Positions 35,575 through 48,400 of a stretch of DNA of 64,000 nt are shown here, piece by piece. Below the pieces are notes generated by a model, which saw only the letters and a program-made list of their open reading frames with translations, was not told the origin of the DNA and did not search any database. Both the position numbers and the translations under genes were made by a program. The first letter of the stretch is position 1. Every line of letters starts with the position of its first letter. Source of the DNA: Heteronotia binoei (Eukaryota); NCBI RefSeq assembly GCF_032191835.1, contig NC_083233.1, positions 85,312,001 to 85,376,000 on the forward strand, written 5' to 3'.

Positions 35575-38500
35575 ATGCGGGTGACCATGAAGCGGGTGCT
35601 GCTGGGGGTGGGCTTTGCCATTGGCCTGATGGTGTCGGCACACCTGGGCCAGCAGATGCTGCAGTGCCAACAGATCCTGGGCCAGGGCTCCAGCCAGCGG
35701 GGCCTGATGCGACCAGAGAACGAGGAGCTGGTGATGCTGGACTCCAACCGAGTCGAGTACCGCTACAGCAAAGAGATGCCGCTCATCTTCATCGGCGGGG
35801 TTCCTCGGAGCGGGACCACACTGATGCGGGCCATGCTGGATGCTCACCCGGAGGTGCGCTGTGGGGAGGAGACCCGCATCATCCCGCGTGTGCTGGCCAT
35901 GCGGCAGGCCTGGTCCAAATCCGGGCGGGAGAAAATGCGCTTGGATGAAGCTGGGGTGACGGACCAAGTCTTGGACGCTGCCATGCAGGCCTTTATCTTG
36001 GAGGTGATTGCCAAGCATGGGGAGCCGGCCAGGTACCTCTGCAACAAAGATCCCTTCACACTCAAGTCCTCCGTCTACCTGTCTCGCTTGTTCCCCAACT
36101 CCAAGTTCCTCCTGATGGTGCGTGACGGGCGGGCCTCCGTCCACTCCATGATCACCAGGAAGGTCACGATCGCAGGCTTCGACCTCAGCAGCTACCGGGA
36201 CTGCTTAACCAAGTGGAACAAGGCCATCGAGGTGATGCACAACCAGTGCCTGGAGATTGGCCGGGCACGGTGCCTCCCGGTTTACTACGAGCAGCTGGTG
36301 CTGCATCCCCAGAGGTCCATGCGGGACATCATGGAGTTCTTGGACATCGCCTGGAGCGATGCCGTCCTGCACCACGAGGAGCTGATTGGGAAGCCCGGTG
36401 GCGTCTCACTCTCCAAGTGAGTGCACATGTGTGCATGTGCTCTTTCGGCTCCTCTGGGCACTGTGTTCGGCGGGGGGGGGCAGGGGGGACTGGCTTAGGT
36501 GAGTGGGGGCAAAGGCAGTTGAAGAGGGGCTGCAAGCAGGGTTGGCGTGCTAGAGGTGGCTGCCCCTTGAGTTTCGGCAGCCCACAAGAAAGCAGCCAAA
36601 GAAATAGCCACTTCTTAAAGTAGCCGCTAGCAACACAGGGATCTAAAGGCAGTGCCGGGCTTCCTCTCAGCATCACAGGTGCCTCCCCCTCTCTGGGCAG
36701 CGCTTCCTAAAGGGAGCAAGTAGTGAAGGAGCCGATGTTGCTGGCTGCCGAGGAACCTTCTCTGGCTGCCATGACGTGCCAGCATTTCAGTCTGAGGGAC
36801 GCAGGCCGTTCTCTCTGGCAAGCAGGGTTAGTGAAGCTTCAGCAGCAGAGGGGACAGAGGTCACAGTGGGGCTGGAGTCCATCTCATGAGTTCCCTGAAG
36901 CTGTTGTCAGTACCCAGCACAGCTGTGTGGTGGCAGACAGGCCCAGGGGGGCACTCAGTGGAGCCTCCTTGCTTGGATGCTCCTGGCAGGAAGGGGCTGG
37001 GCTCTTCCACTTGGGCAGATGAATCTACCACTTGGGGGGGGGGCACATGTAAGAAATGCTGACATATAAATCCATGCTGCTTCCCCCTCCCTAGTATAAG
37101 ACACAACATGTTTTCATCAGTTAACACTGAGGACATCTGCAAGATTTGTTTTCTGTTTAGCATTACTGCACAACAGGCTGTCTTCCAAGGCTACTCCGAT
37201 CCTTCTGCCTTTCAGCCTTCCAACACTTCCACTCCCAGCTCACTCTGCCCCCCCCACCTTCAACCTCCAAGAGAGCCAGGGCCTTCAGTTGGAGGACCGA
37301 CAGAGTTTGATCTATGCTGTAAAGACAGCCAGGGCCAAGGGGGGGCAGTGATGGGGAAGGGGCCTTTGAGAACCTGACCTCTTTTTGTTTTAACTCCTGT
37401 GCAGGATTGAGCGGTCCACAGACCAGGTGATCAAGCCGGTGAACACGGAGGCCTTGTCCAGGTGGCTGGGGCACATTCCAGGGGACGTACTTCAGGACAT
37501 GGCCCACATCGCCCCAATGCTGGCCAGGCTGGGCTACGACCCCTATGCCAACCCCCCCAACTATGGGCACCCAGACCCCTTGGTGATCAACAACACCCAT
37601 AGGGTGAGTGCCAGCTCTGATCTTGGAACCGGGTAACTCGAGCCGGTTTGATGTCGTGGTTAAGTGTGCACAGTCTTATATGGGAGAACCGGGTTTGATT
37701 CCCCACTCCTCCTCCTCTTCTTCTTCTTCAGCTTGCAAGCTGGTGTAGAGCAGCAGCAGCTAAAACAATGAGCCAGGAATGAAGAAGTCCACTTGCAGCT
37801 GCTGGCATGGCCTTGGGTCAGCCATCGCTCTGGCAGAGGTTGTTCTTGAAAGGGCAGCTGCTGGGAGAGCCCTCTCAGCCCCACCCACCTCAAAGGGTGT
37901 CTATTGTGGGGGAGGAAGATAGAGGAGATTGTGAGCCACTCTGAGATTCGGAGTGGAGGGCAGGATATAAATCCAATTTCTTCTGCTGCTTCTTCTCTGG
38001 CTGGAACAGAGGACATTTCCTGCCATGGCCCAGTGCCTCCTTGAACTCTCTTTTCATTGACGACAGATTACAGCAAACAATGCCAGTTGTTCAGGCGACC
38101 TGATGCTGGGTCTTAGCCAGCAGGAAAAGTTCTCAGCAGTGTGTTCTTGTCAGGTGGCAACATCTGGCAGAAGTGGGGCCAGCAGCACAAAGGGGTCCTT
38201 TCTCAGCGGACTTGTCTGCTTGAGAGGGGCTCCAGTCGAGGGCGCCTGTCTCTCTCGGAGCGTTGCTGCTCTGGGTGTTAGGGACTCTCTTCCACATCTC
38301 CCCACTTAACCAGGATAGTTTGTGTTTAATGGGAATCAGTCAGTTGCAGTACTTAGTTGCATGAAATGTTGGTTAGGAGGATCCCACTTTCATTCAGAAG
38401 GCCCCTTTATCAGCGTTGCTAGTAAATCAGGATAGCGAGCTGTCTGATTGCTCAAATCTTTTTCTTCTGTCAGGGACAGCCTTTCTGCCACATTGTGTGG

Positions 38501-39089
38501 GCGAGAGGCCAGTCAGCAGAGCACAGGGGACTGTCTCTCGTGTCTACTCGGCTGTCTTGACCCTCCTTTCTTGTTCCTCGCACAGGTTCTAAAAGGGGAC
38601 TTTAAAACACCTGCCAATCTGAAGGGACAGTTTCAGGTGAAGTTTCTTGTCTTTTCCTGCTTGCTGCCTCTTTCTTTGAGCTTTTTCTTTCCCTCCCCCC
38701 TCCAGGGGTGAATTCTGTAAACCTGAGGCCAAGGATCATGAAAAGCCTGAGCAGCAGCAGCACAGTTCTGGAGGGGAGGGCCTGTGGCTGCGCGTGCATG
38801 GCATGCTTCCCCTCCCCACCAGCTGAAGGCTCCCAGGCAGCAGGGTGGAGATAACCTGCCTCTGCCGAATGTGTGTGGCCAGTCAGAGGAGACTGCTCTG
38901 GGCCAGGAGAGCCTTGGGTGGGGGGGCGGGGTGAGAAGGCAGCTCCCAACTGGCAGCTCTATGTCTTCCAGCTTTCTGCTGCCCAGTTCAGAAGGGCAGA
39001 ATGCCACAATCTAAAGGACTGCTGATAATTGCTTTGCTTTATTTTTTGGGCTCTTCCAGGCAACTCAGAATACTACTGCTTTTCACTGA
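35575..39089 (+). CDS. TPST2: Protein-tyrosine sulfotransferase 2 (373 aa)
   Basis: Coding exons 35575-36416 (842 nt; TM anchor, PAPS-binding [20 protein letters not shown]), 37405-37603 (199 nt), 38586-38636 (51 nt, [17 protein letters not shown]), 39060-39089 (ATQNTTAFH*). Sizes match recalled human TPST2 and the 1122-nt join is open. Confidence 0.95.
37650..37990 (+). mobile_element. SINE copy in a TPST2 intron
   Basis: B box, body and GGATATAAATCCAAT tail of the main family, with an internal insertion. Confidence 0.75.
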
Positions 39090-39614
39090 TGCAGCTAGGG
39101 GCTATGTTGCAGGTAGGTCCTTGAGCTGCTCGCAAACAGTGCCCCTTCCTTCTCCTGGCGTTTGGTGATGAGCTGGATCACCTCCAGCATCATGCAGAAG
39201 GGCCTGGGTGACTGCCTCTTAAGCACCTGGTGGTAACACTGCGATGGTCTTGCAACACAACCAGTCGTGGGGCTCTGCAGGGCCTCAGGGTGGAGTGGCT
39301 GATGTTTCCTGAGCCTGATGTTTTCTCAAGCTGCCCTGAGTCTGTTCGTGGAGAGGATGGGATATAAATCCAGAGTAAATAAATGAGTAAATAAAATGTT
39401 TCCCAGGAAGGGTTTCTGGCTTCCCTGAGCTCTTCAGATACTAATTCTTCCTCATGCTCTCCTAGGCCCATTTTTATGTTTCGAAGCCTGTCCTCAAACT
39501 TGAACAGAGACTGTTTGGGGGGGAGTGGGATACACAGACGCACTTAATTACATGCTTAATAAAAGGAGTGCACTTCCTTTGCAGAAGTAACTTTTGACTT
39601 TCTCTCCACTTAAG

Positions 39615-40060
39615 GTGCCAGTTGCATCTGGTTGTGCTGAAGATATGGAAATTTGCAAATAGCAAACGTGGAACTCTGTTATCCAAGCATATTGCTTGCT
39701 ACTGACATTGCCAAATGGAGCATTTTTTGTCAGGCATTTTTGCATTTATTTGCAAACTTTGGACATTTTGGACTCCCAAGTCTGTCTACATTGTGTGAAT
39801 GCTCTGTGGTCATAGGCAAAATCCATGGAAACAAAAGATGTCTGCTGGGGAACATTTTATACTTGTGGGCTGGAGCCCTTTTCTGAGGCTTTGTCAAAAA
39901 GTGTCTTGCAACTCTGGTTCATCTCAAATAACTCTGTTAATTTAACCCTGTTAGAGTGCTTTTGTCTTACAGGTGACAATCTGAAACTTGCTGCCCGTCA
40001 CTTTTATTTGTAATTTACAAAAAAGAAAATAAAAATTAATATATGAGGCTCTCTCCCTTC
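39615..40060 (+). other. TPST2: Probable terminal 3' UTR exon of TPST2
   Basis: Donor CAG|GTAGGT after 39112 (23 nt past the stop), pyrimidine-rich acceptor before 39615, AATAAA at 40028-40033. Boundaries are approximate. Confidence 0.5.
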
Positions 40061-40922
40061 ACATCTTGCCTGGCTTTATTTGACATAATGATGACTAACG
40101 TTCCCAGGTTCAGTCCCCGGCATCTCCAGTTGAAAGAGGTGCAGCAAGTGATGTGAAAGACTTCCATCTGCCTAAGACCTTGGAGAGCAGACAGTACTGA
40201 CCTGGATGGACCAAGGGCCTGCTTCAGTAGAAGGCAGCTTCAAGTATTTGGATACTATAGCTATATCTTCACAGGGGTGGGAGGGATGTTCTCTGCTGTG
40301 AAATCTGCAGCCCCCATAGGCCTTGTCCATGCACCACACGCAGCCCCTCCCTGCTCATCGTGTTGATGCTGAATGATTTCTTTACTTCATTTATACGCCG
40401 CCTTTCTCCTGGGGCTGGGGAGAGGATCCAAAGCAGCTTTCATCGTTCTCCATTTTAACCTACTCTGCGAGGATACGGTTAGGCTGCAAGTTTGTGACTG
40501 TCCAAAGGTGACCCAGCATGCTTCCCAGGCAAGGTAGAGATCCAGATTTGAACTTCCTAGCCTGACACCCCTAACCACCCCGAATCTGGCAAGCAACCCA
40601 GCTGCTCCCCTGTATGGGCTCCTGGCAGGGGTTTCGCACCAAGGGGAGGCTCTGCTCGCAGCTACCCTGCCATCTCCCACCTCAGTCAGTCAGGCAGACC
40701 AGGGAGGGTTTTTGCTTTGCTCTGGTTGAAAGGAGCCCGACCCACTGTGGCCCCACAAGTGAAGCTCCGAAGGAGCAGCAGCAGGGCTTTGGGCTGGAGC
40801 TCCCCTGAAAGGGAGGGGATGGATCCTGCTCTGGGACCAGCCTGCCCACCTCCTGCTGCTGCTGCTCAGGCTGATCTGAGGAGGCCCAACCGGCCAGGTT
40901 CCAAGTTTGGCCTCGGGTCAGC

Positions 40923-41405
40923 TAGGGTTGTCAAGTCCAATTCAAGAAATATCTGGGGACTTTGGGGGTGGAGCCAGGAGCAAGGGTGTGACAAGCATAA
41001 CTGAACTCCAAAGGGAGCTCTGGCCATCACTTTTAAAGGGACGGCACACCTTTTCAATGCCTTCCCTCCCTTGGAAATAATGAAGGATGGGGGCACCGTC
41101 TTTGGGGGCTCATAGAATTGGGCCCTGGGTCCAATTCTTTTGAAACTTGGAGGGTGTTTTGAGGAGAGGCACGGGATGCTATGCTGAAAGTTTGGTGCCT
41201 CTATTTCAAAAAACAGTTCCTCCAGATACCCAAGCATCAATTCTCCATTATACCCTATGCCATGGGAATTGGATTCCATAGGGAATCATGGAGTGCCCGG
41301 CAGACATCCCCCCCCCCCGGGTTTCTGATGACCCTGAAGCGGGGGGGGGGGGGGCGGCTCCAAACCGGGGAATCCCCTGTCCCCACCTGGGGATTGGCAA
41401 CCCTA
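40923..41405. mobile_element. hAT-like non-autonomous transposon
   Basis: TAGGGTTG(T/C)CA TIRs and 8-bp TSD GGGTCAGC/GGTTCAGC. Confidence 0.7.
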
Positions 41406-41783
41406 GGTTCAGCCCTGGTTGGGCGGGCCTCTTGGGGGGGGGGTTGTGGCCTAGGGCTTGTACTGGAGTGGGGGGGGAGGGAGAGCTCAGGCCTTGGGGC
41501 CACCATACCCTGCCTCCCCTCTTCCGAGCTCAGGGCTGGAAAGGGGCCCTGCTGCCCCCCCCTTGTTCTGCATCCTCCCAGAGAGGGACGGAAGCACTTC
41601 CCCAGCTAATCCTGCGCAGGAAGATCCTGGCTAAAGTTGGTGGCTGGGCAGAACTGAGGCCAGGTGAGCCAATTCAGAGGGTTACCAGCTCTGGACTGGA
41701 AACGCCATTCCAGAGATTCGGGGGGGGGGGGTGTGGAGCTGGGAACTCCGTACCAGGGGGCAGCATCTGGGGTGGGGAGAGCA

Positions 41784-44700
41784 GAAGACGACATTGGATT
41801 TATATTCTGCCTTCCACTCAAGAGTCTCAGAGCGGCTCACAATCTCGTTTACCTTCCTCCCCCACAACAGGCACCCTGTGAGATGGGTGGGGCTGAGAGG
41901 CCTCTCACAGCAGCTGCCCTTCCAAGGACAACTCCTACAAGAGCTATGGCTGACCCAAGGCCATGCTAGCAGGTGCAAGAGGAGGAGTGGGAATCAAACC
42001 TGGTTCTCCCAGATAAGAGAGCTGTAGCTGACCCAAGGCCTTTCCAGCAGGTGCAAGCGGAGGAAGGGGGAATCAAACCCGGTTCTCCCAGATAAGAGAG
42101 CTCTGGCTGACCCAAGGCCATTCCAGCAGCTGCAAGTGGAGGAGGGGGGAATCAAACCCGGTTCTCCCAGATAAGAGAGCTCTGGCTAACCCAAGGCCAT
42201 TCCAGCAGCTGCAAGTGGAGGAGTGGGGAATCAAACCCGGTTCTCCCAGATAAGAGAGCTCTGGCTGACCCAAGGCCATTCCAGCAGCTGCAAGTGGAGG
42301 AGTGGGGAATCAAACCCGGTTCTCCCAGATAAGAGAGCTGTGGCTGACCCAAGGCCATTCCAGCAGGTGCAAGCGGAGGAGGGGGGAATCAAACCCGGTT
42401 CTCCCAGATAAGAGAGCTGTGGCTGACCCAAGACCATTCCAGCAGGTGCAAGCGGAGGAGGGGGGAATCAAACCCGGTTCTCCCAGATAAGAGAGCTCTG
42501 GCTGACCCAAGACCATTCCAGCAGGTGCAAGCGGAGGAGGGAGGAATCAGGCCCGGTTCTCTCAGATAAGAGAGCTCTGGCTGACCCAAGGCTGTTCCAG
42601 CAGGTGCAAGCGGAGGACTGGGGAATCAAACCCAATCAAGCTGTGGCTGACCCAAGGCCATTCCAGCAGCTGCAAGTGGAGGAGTGGGGAATCAATTCCG
42701 GTTCTCCCAGATAAGAGAGCTCTGGCTGACCCAAGGCCATTCCATCAGCTGTAAGTGAAGGAGTGGGGAATCAAAACCGGTTCTCCCAAATAAGAGAGCT
42801 ATGGCTGACCCATGGCCATTCCAGCAGCTGCAAGTGGAGGAGGGGGGAATCAAACCCGGTTCTCCCAGATAAGAGAGCTCTGGCTGACACAAGGCCATTC
42901 CAGCAGGTGCAAGTGAAAGAGTGGGGAATCAAACCCTGTTCTCCAAGATAAGAGAGCCATGGCTGACCCAAGGCCATTCCAGTACGTGCAAGTGGAGGAG
43001 TGGGGAATACAACCCGGTTCTCCCAGATAAGAGAGCCATGGCTGACCCAAGGCCATTCCAGCAGCTGCAAGTGGAGGAGAGGGGAATCCAACCCAGTTCT
43101 CCCAGATAAGAGAGCTCTGGCTGACCCAAGACCATTCCAGCAGCTGCAAGTGGAGGAGAGGGGAATCCAACCCAGTTCTCCCAGATAAGAGAGCTCTGGC
43201 TGACCCAAGGCCATTCCAGCAGGTGCAAATGGAGGAGTGGGGAATCAAACCCGGTTCTCCCAGATAAGAGAGCTCTGGCTGACCCAAGGCCATTCATCCA
43301 GCTGCAAGTGGAGGAGGGGGGAATCCAACCCGGTTCTCCCAGATAAGAGAGCTCTGGCTGACCCCAGGCCATTCCAGCAGCTGCAAGTGGAGGAGGGGGG
43401 AATCAAACCCGGTTCTCCCAGATAAGAGAGTTCTGGCTGACCCAAGGCCATTCCAGCAGCTGCAGGTGGAGGAGTGGGGAATCAAACCCGGTTCTCCCAG
43501 ATAAGAGAACTCTGGCTGACCCAAGGCCATTCCAGCAGCTGCAAGTGGAGGAGTGGGGAATCAAACCCTGTTCTCCCAGATAAGAGAGCTCTGGCTGACC
43601 CAAGGCCATTCCAGCAGCTGCAAGTGGAGGAGAGGGGAATCCAACCCGGTTCTCCCAGATAAGAGAGCTCTGGCTGACCCGAGGCCATTCCAGCAGCTGC
43701 AAGTGGAGGAGTGGGGAATCCAATCCGGTTCTCCCAGATAAGAGAGCTCTGGCTGACCCCAGGCCATTCCAGCAGCTGCAAGTGGAGGAGTGGGGCATCA
43801 AACCCGGTTCTCCCAGATAAGAGAGCTCTGGCTGACCCGAGGCCATTCCAGCAGCTGCAAGTGGAGGAGTGGGGAATCCAATCCGGTTCTCCCAGATAAG
43901 AGAGCTCTGGCTGACCCCAGGCCATTCCAGCAGCTGCAAGTGGAGGAGGGGGGAATCAAACCCGGTTCTCCCAGATAAGAGAGTTCTGGCTGACCCAAGG
44001 CCATTCCAGCAGCTGCAAGTGGAGGAGGGGGGAATCCAACCCGGTTCTCCCAGATAAGAGAGCTCTGGCTGACCCGAGGCCATTCCAGCAGCTGCAAGTG
44101 GAGGAGGGGGGAATCCAACCCGGTTCTCCCAGATAAGAGAGCTCTGGCTGACCCCAGGCCATTCCAGCAGCTGCAAGTGGAGGAGGGGGGAATCAAACCC
44201 GGTTCTCCCAGATAAGAGAGTTCTGGCTGACCCAAGGCCATTCCAGCAGCTGCAAGTGGAGGAGGGGGGAATCCAACCCGGTTCTCCCAGATAAGAGAGC
44301 TCTGGCTGACCCCAGGCCATTCCAGCAGCTGCAAGTGGAGGAGGGGGGAATCAAACCTGGTTCTCCCAGATAAGAGAGTTCTGGCTGACCCAAGGCCATT
44401 CCAGCAGCTGCAAGTGGAGGAGGGGGGAATCCAACCCGGTTCTCCCAGATAAGAGAGTTCTGGCTGACCCAAGGCCATGCCAGCAGCTGCAAGTGGAGGA
44501 GTGGGGACTCAAACCCGGTTCTCCCAGATAAGAGAGTTCTGGCTGACCCAAGGCCATGCCAGCAGCTGCAAGTGGAGGAGTGGGGACTCAAACCCGGTTC
44601 TCCCAGATAAGAGAGTTCTGGCTGACCCAAGGCCATTCCAGCAGCTGCAAGTGGAGGAGGGGGGAATCCAACCCGGTTCTCCCAGATAAGAGAGTTCTGG

Positions 44701-44806
44701 CTGACCCAAGGCCATGCCAGCAGCTGCAAGTGGAGGAGGGGGGACTCAAACCCGGTTCTCCCAGATAAGAGTCCGCACACTTAACCACTACTCCAAACTG
44801 GCTCTC
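41784..44806 (-). mobile_element. SINE with an internally amplified 79-bp segment
   Basis: One head (44771-44806) and one tail (41784-41940) bracket the array. Confidence 0.85.
41941..44771. repeat. Tandem array, ~36 x 79 bp, SINE-derived
   Basis: CCAGATAAGAG recurs at 79-bp spacing from 42009 to 44761, with one shortened unit near 42630-42706. Confidence 0.95.
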
Positions 44807-44809
44807 TCT

Positions 44810-45420
44810 GCCCTGCCCTGCCCTCCCTCCCTGCTGGGGCCGGCATCCTGCCCACGGGGCGGGGCTCCAGCCGCCACGACAGTCCTGCCAGGTAGGCCGG
44901 CCCGAGCCCTCCCCCGCCGGCCACCGAGAGGGAGCGGAAGAGCGGCACTGGGGAGCGCTTCCGGCCAGGCCCGGAAGCGGCTCTTTGCGCAGGCGCCGTG
45001 GCGTCCGAGGGCAGGGCAGCGGGAGCGAGGTAGGTGCGGGCGGGCGGGCGGGCTGCGCTCCGGGGTTGCCATGGCGCGGGGCGGCCATTCCCGCTGACCT
45101 CCTCCTCCTCTTCTCGCCGGGGCGCCATGTCGCTGTCGCACCTCTACGGGGCGGCGGAGGAGGAGGACGAGGTGGAGCTGGAGCGCTTCGAGATCACCGA
45201 GTGGGACCTGCAGAACGAGTTCAACCCGCACCGGCAGCGCCGCTGGCAGACCAAGGAGGAGGCCCTCTACGGCCTCTGGGCCCGCCCGCGCGGCGACGGC
45301 GACGACGAAGAAGACGGCGGCGGCGACGACGACCCCGAGCAGCGGCCCAGCTTCGGAGGGAAGCGGTGAGGGGAGGGACGGGGAGGGAGCCAGCCCCCCT
45401 GCAGGGAGGGAGGGAGCCAG
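44810..45420 (+). promoter_or_regulatory. TFIP11: TFIP11 CpG-island promoter
   Basis: CpG-dense and TATA-less, with ETS-type CGGAAG motifs and an NRF1-like TGCGCAGGCGC near 44985. It spans the start codon. Confidence 0.7.
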
Positions 45421-48400
45421 TGGGCGCAGGCGCTGAGCCGCTGCTTGCATCACGCGTTGCCAGCCTCTGAGCTCGCTTGCAGCCGGGGATAAATGGAGGA
45501 TGGACATCTGCTCTGTCCAGGACCCCAAAGGCAGGCTGCTGCTGCTCCCCTAAAGGCCCACCAACCTTAATTCAGGAAGCAGATTTCACTGGGATGCCTC
45601 TGAAGGATGTTGTCTTTAAAATGTCTCCAGGTCTAAAGATTATTCCGCTCCTGTGAACTTTATCAGCGCCGGGCTGAAGAAGACAGCAGCAGATGAGGTG
45701 CTAGATGAAGATTCTGACGAGGATGAGAAGCCTTTGAAGCAAGAGGAAGCCCCCAAAGAGTTTGTGCCAAAAAAGTTAAAAACAGTGAGTCATTGTAGCA
45801 GTACATTATCTGCATGCACTCAAGGCCTCTGAAACCTTAAAGACATCACAAAGCACAAATGATAACTGGCTTCATCTGGTCCGGCATCCTGTTTCTCCCC
45901 AGTAGACAGCTAGAAGGGGCCATTGTGTCCAGAACTGCACACAAGTCTCCAGATGTGGCCTAACCAACGCAGTGTAAAGCAGGACTAGGACATTTTAAGA
46001 TTTGGATGTTATGCCTCTGTTGACCCCAAGATGGCATTAGCCTTTTTTTGTTGGTGCATCACACTGGCTGCTCATATTTAACTTTCAGTCCACCCGTATT
46101 CCAAGGTCTTGTTCACATATACTGGAACTTGGAAGTGTATCCCCCTTCCAATATGCATGTACGTTTAGATGCCCCTGGAGAGACCACAACAGAGGCTGTA
46201 AGAGGAACTGTGACGGAACCAGCCTGATTCTGCCTTCAGACCCAGTCCCATCAACTCCCTTTTGAGTAGCCAACTCCTGAAGAGAGCTAATCTTCTTCCC
46301 ACCACTAGGACACACTGCCACTACCTGTTCAACTTAGGGGTTCCTGACCGAGAGGAACTGGACTCCCAATCCCCCTTGCCAGTTCTGTGGCCGCAAGGTC
46401 CTCTGCCAACCCAGCACCTGGTTAACACAGAGACCACAGTCCTTCTTTGGGAGACCCCTGGAGGACCGGCACCTTACCAACTGTGTGCCTTTCCCTGGAC
46501 TCCCCACTTGAAGTAGTGTGGTCTAAGGCAGTTGGGGAACCTATGTGGTACAGACCTTTTTAAACAGACAAAATATTTATTTAAAATTTATAACTTTTTA
46601 CAGGCATTTTTAAGTACAGGGTGAAGTAATAAATGAAAGTAGAGATAAACACTCCTTTCCCTAATATATAACTGGCCCTGACCCTACCATCCAGAACCGA
46701 CTCACCAGTCACCAAGACTTAAATCAAAACTCAGCTGACTGTCAGCTTCCCCTGACAACTTTTAACTGCCCGTTTCCCTCCAAAAGCCTCTAATATAAAA
46801 CCCCGTTCCCGCCTAGGAACTGGTCTACCTACCTGCAGCATTCTGGGAGACCAGCCTGACAGACTTCCTGTCACTCTAGGAGGCCTCCGCAGAATTGCTG
46901 TTCCCAGACAGGAGGGGAGGAGGGAGGAGGAATAGACTAGGCCAAAGCCTTGCCTAGAGTTTAAGACTCCTCTAGCCAACTCCCAGACAAGCACAGGCCT
47001 AAAATGATGTTTCTCCACAGGAACCATCCTTAATTGTTGGTTCCCTTCCAGCAACTGACTTTCAGAGGGATTCTATTTTTAAGTCACCCACAAACTTGCT
47101 ACCCTGCTCACCCCCAGTTCCAAATTATTTATGAACAAATTAAAGAACATCTGTCCTAATACTGATCCCCACTGTTTACTCCATTGTGAGAACTGTCCAT
47201 TTATTCCTGTTCTCTGCTTTCTGTCATTTAGCCAGTTTCTAAATCTTTAAGAGGACCAATGCTCCCTCTAAGCTGCAGTCTTGTGAACAAAAATTCTACT
47301 TTGTGAACTACTGACATTAAAGTTGTGAGCTACTGCATAAATTAGTGTGCTCTGGGGCCATCCTTCCTGAGCTAAGACAAAAATGTGTGAACTGGAGGCT
47401 AAAAATCTGTGAGCTAGCTCACACTAACTCAGCTTAGAGGGATCACTGAAGAGGACCATTCCCTTATTCCATTATTTCAAAGCTTACTTGGGACACTTTG
47501 TATGAATAAATTACACATTGTATTTCATAGAATCATAGAGTTGGAAGGGGCCTCTAGAGTCATCTAGTCCAACCCCCTGCACAATGCAGGAAACTCACAA
47601 ACACCTCCCCCTGAATTCACAGGATCTTCATTGCTGTCAGATGACCATCTAGCCTCTGTTTAAAAACCTCCAAGGAAGGAGAGCCCACCACTTCCCACAG
47701 AGGAAGCCTGTTCCACTGAGGAATTGCTCTAATGGTCAGGAAGTTCTTCCTAATGTTGAGCCGGAAACTCTTTTGATTTAATTTAAGAACATAAGAGAAG
47801 CCATGTTGGATCAGGCCAACGGCCCATCCAGTCCAACACTCTGTGTCACACAGTGGCCAAAAATTTTATATACACACATACACTGTGGCTAATAGCCATT
47901 GATGGACCTCTGCTCCATATTTTTATCTAAACCCCTCTTGAAGGTGGCTATACTTGTGGCCGCCACCACCTCCTGTGGCAGTGAATTCCACATGTTAATC
48001 ACCCTTTAGGTGAAGAAGTACTTCCTTTTATCCTTTAACCTGTCTGCTTAGCAATTTCATCGAATGCCCACGAGTTCTTGTATTGTGAGAAAGGGAGAAA
48101 AGTACCTCTTTCTCTACTTTCTCCATCCCATGCATTATCTTGTAAACCTCTATCATGTCACCCCGCAGTCGACGTTTCTCCAAGCTAAAGAGTCCCAGCG
48201 TTTCAACCTTTCTTCATAGGGAAAGTGCTCCAGCCCTTTAATCATTCTAGTTGCCCTTCTCTGGACTTTCTCCAATGCTATAATATCCTTTTTGAGGTGT
48301 GGCGACCAGAACTGCACACAGTATTCCAAATGAGACCGCACCATTGATTTATACAGGGGCATTATGATACTGGCTGATTTGTTTTCAATTCCCTTCCTAA

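Noticed and set aside
41941-44771. CRISPR-like periodicity (also at 24373-26975)
   Set aside because: The units are contiguous with no unique spacers, the DNA is vertebrate, no cas genes are present, and the units derive from SINE or CR1 sequence.
42073-44780. Many 62-305 aa ORFs in the 79-bp array
   Set aside because: The unit length is not a multiple of 3, and the same peptides recur in all SINE copies. There is no splice or start context.
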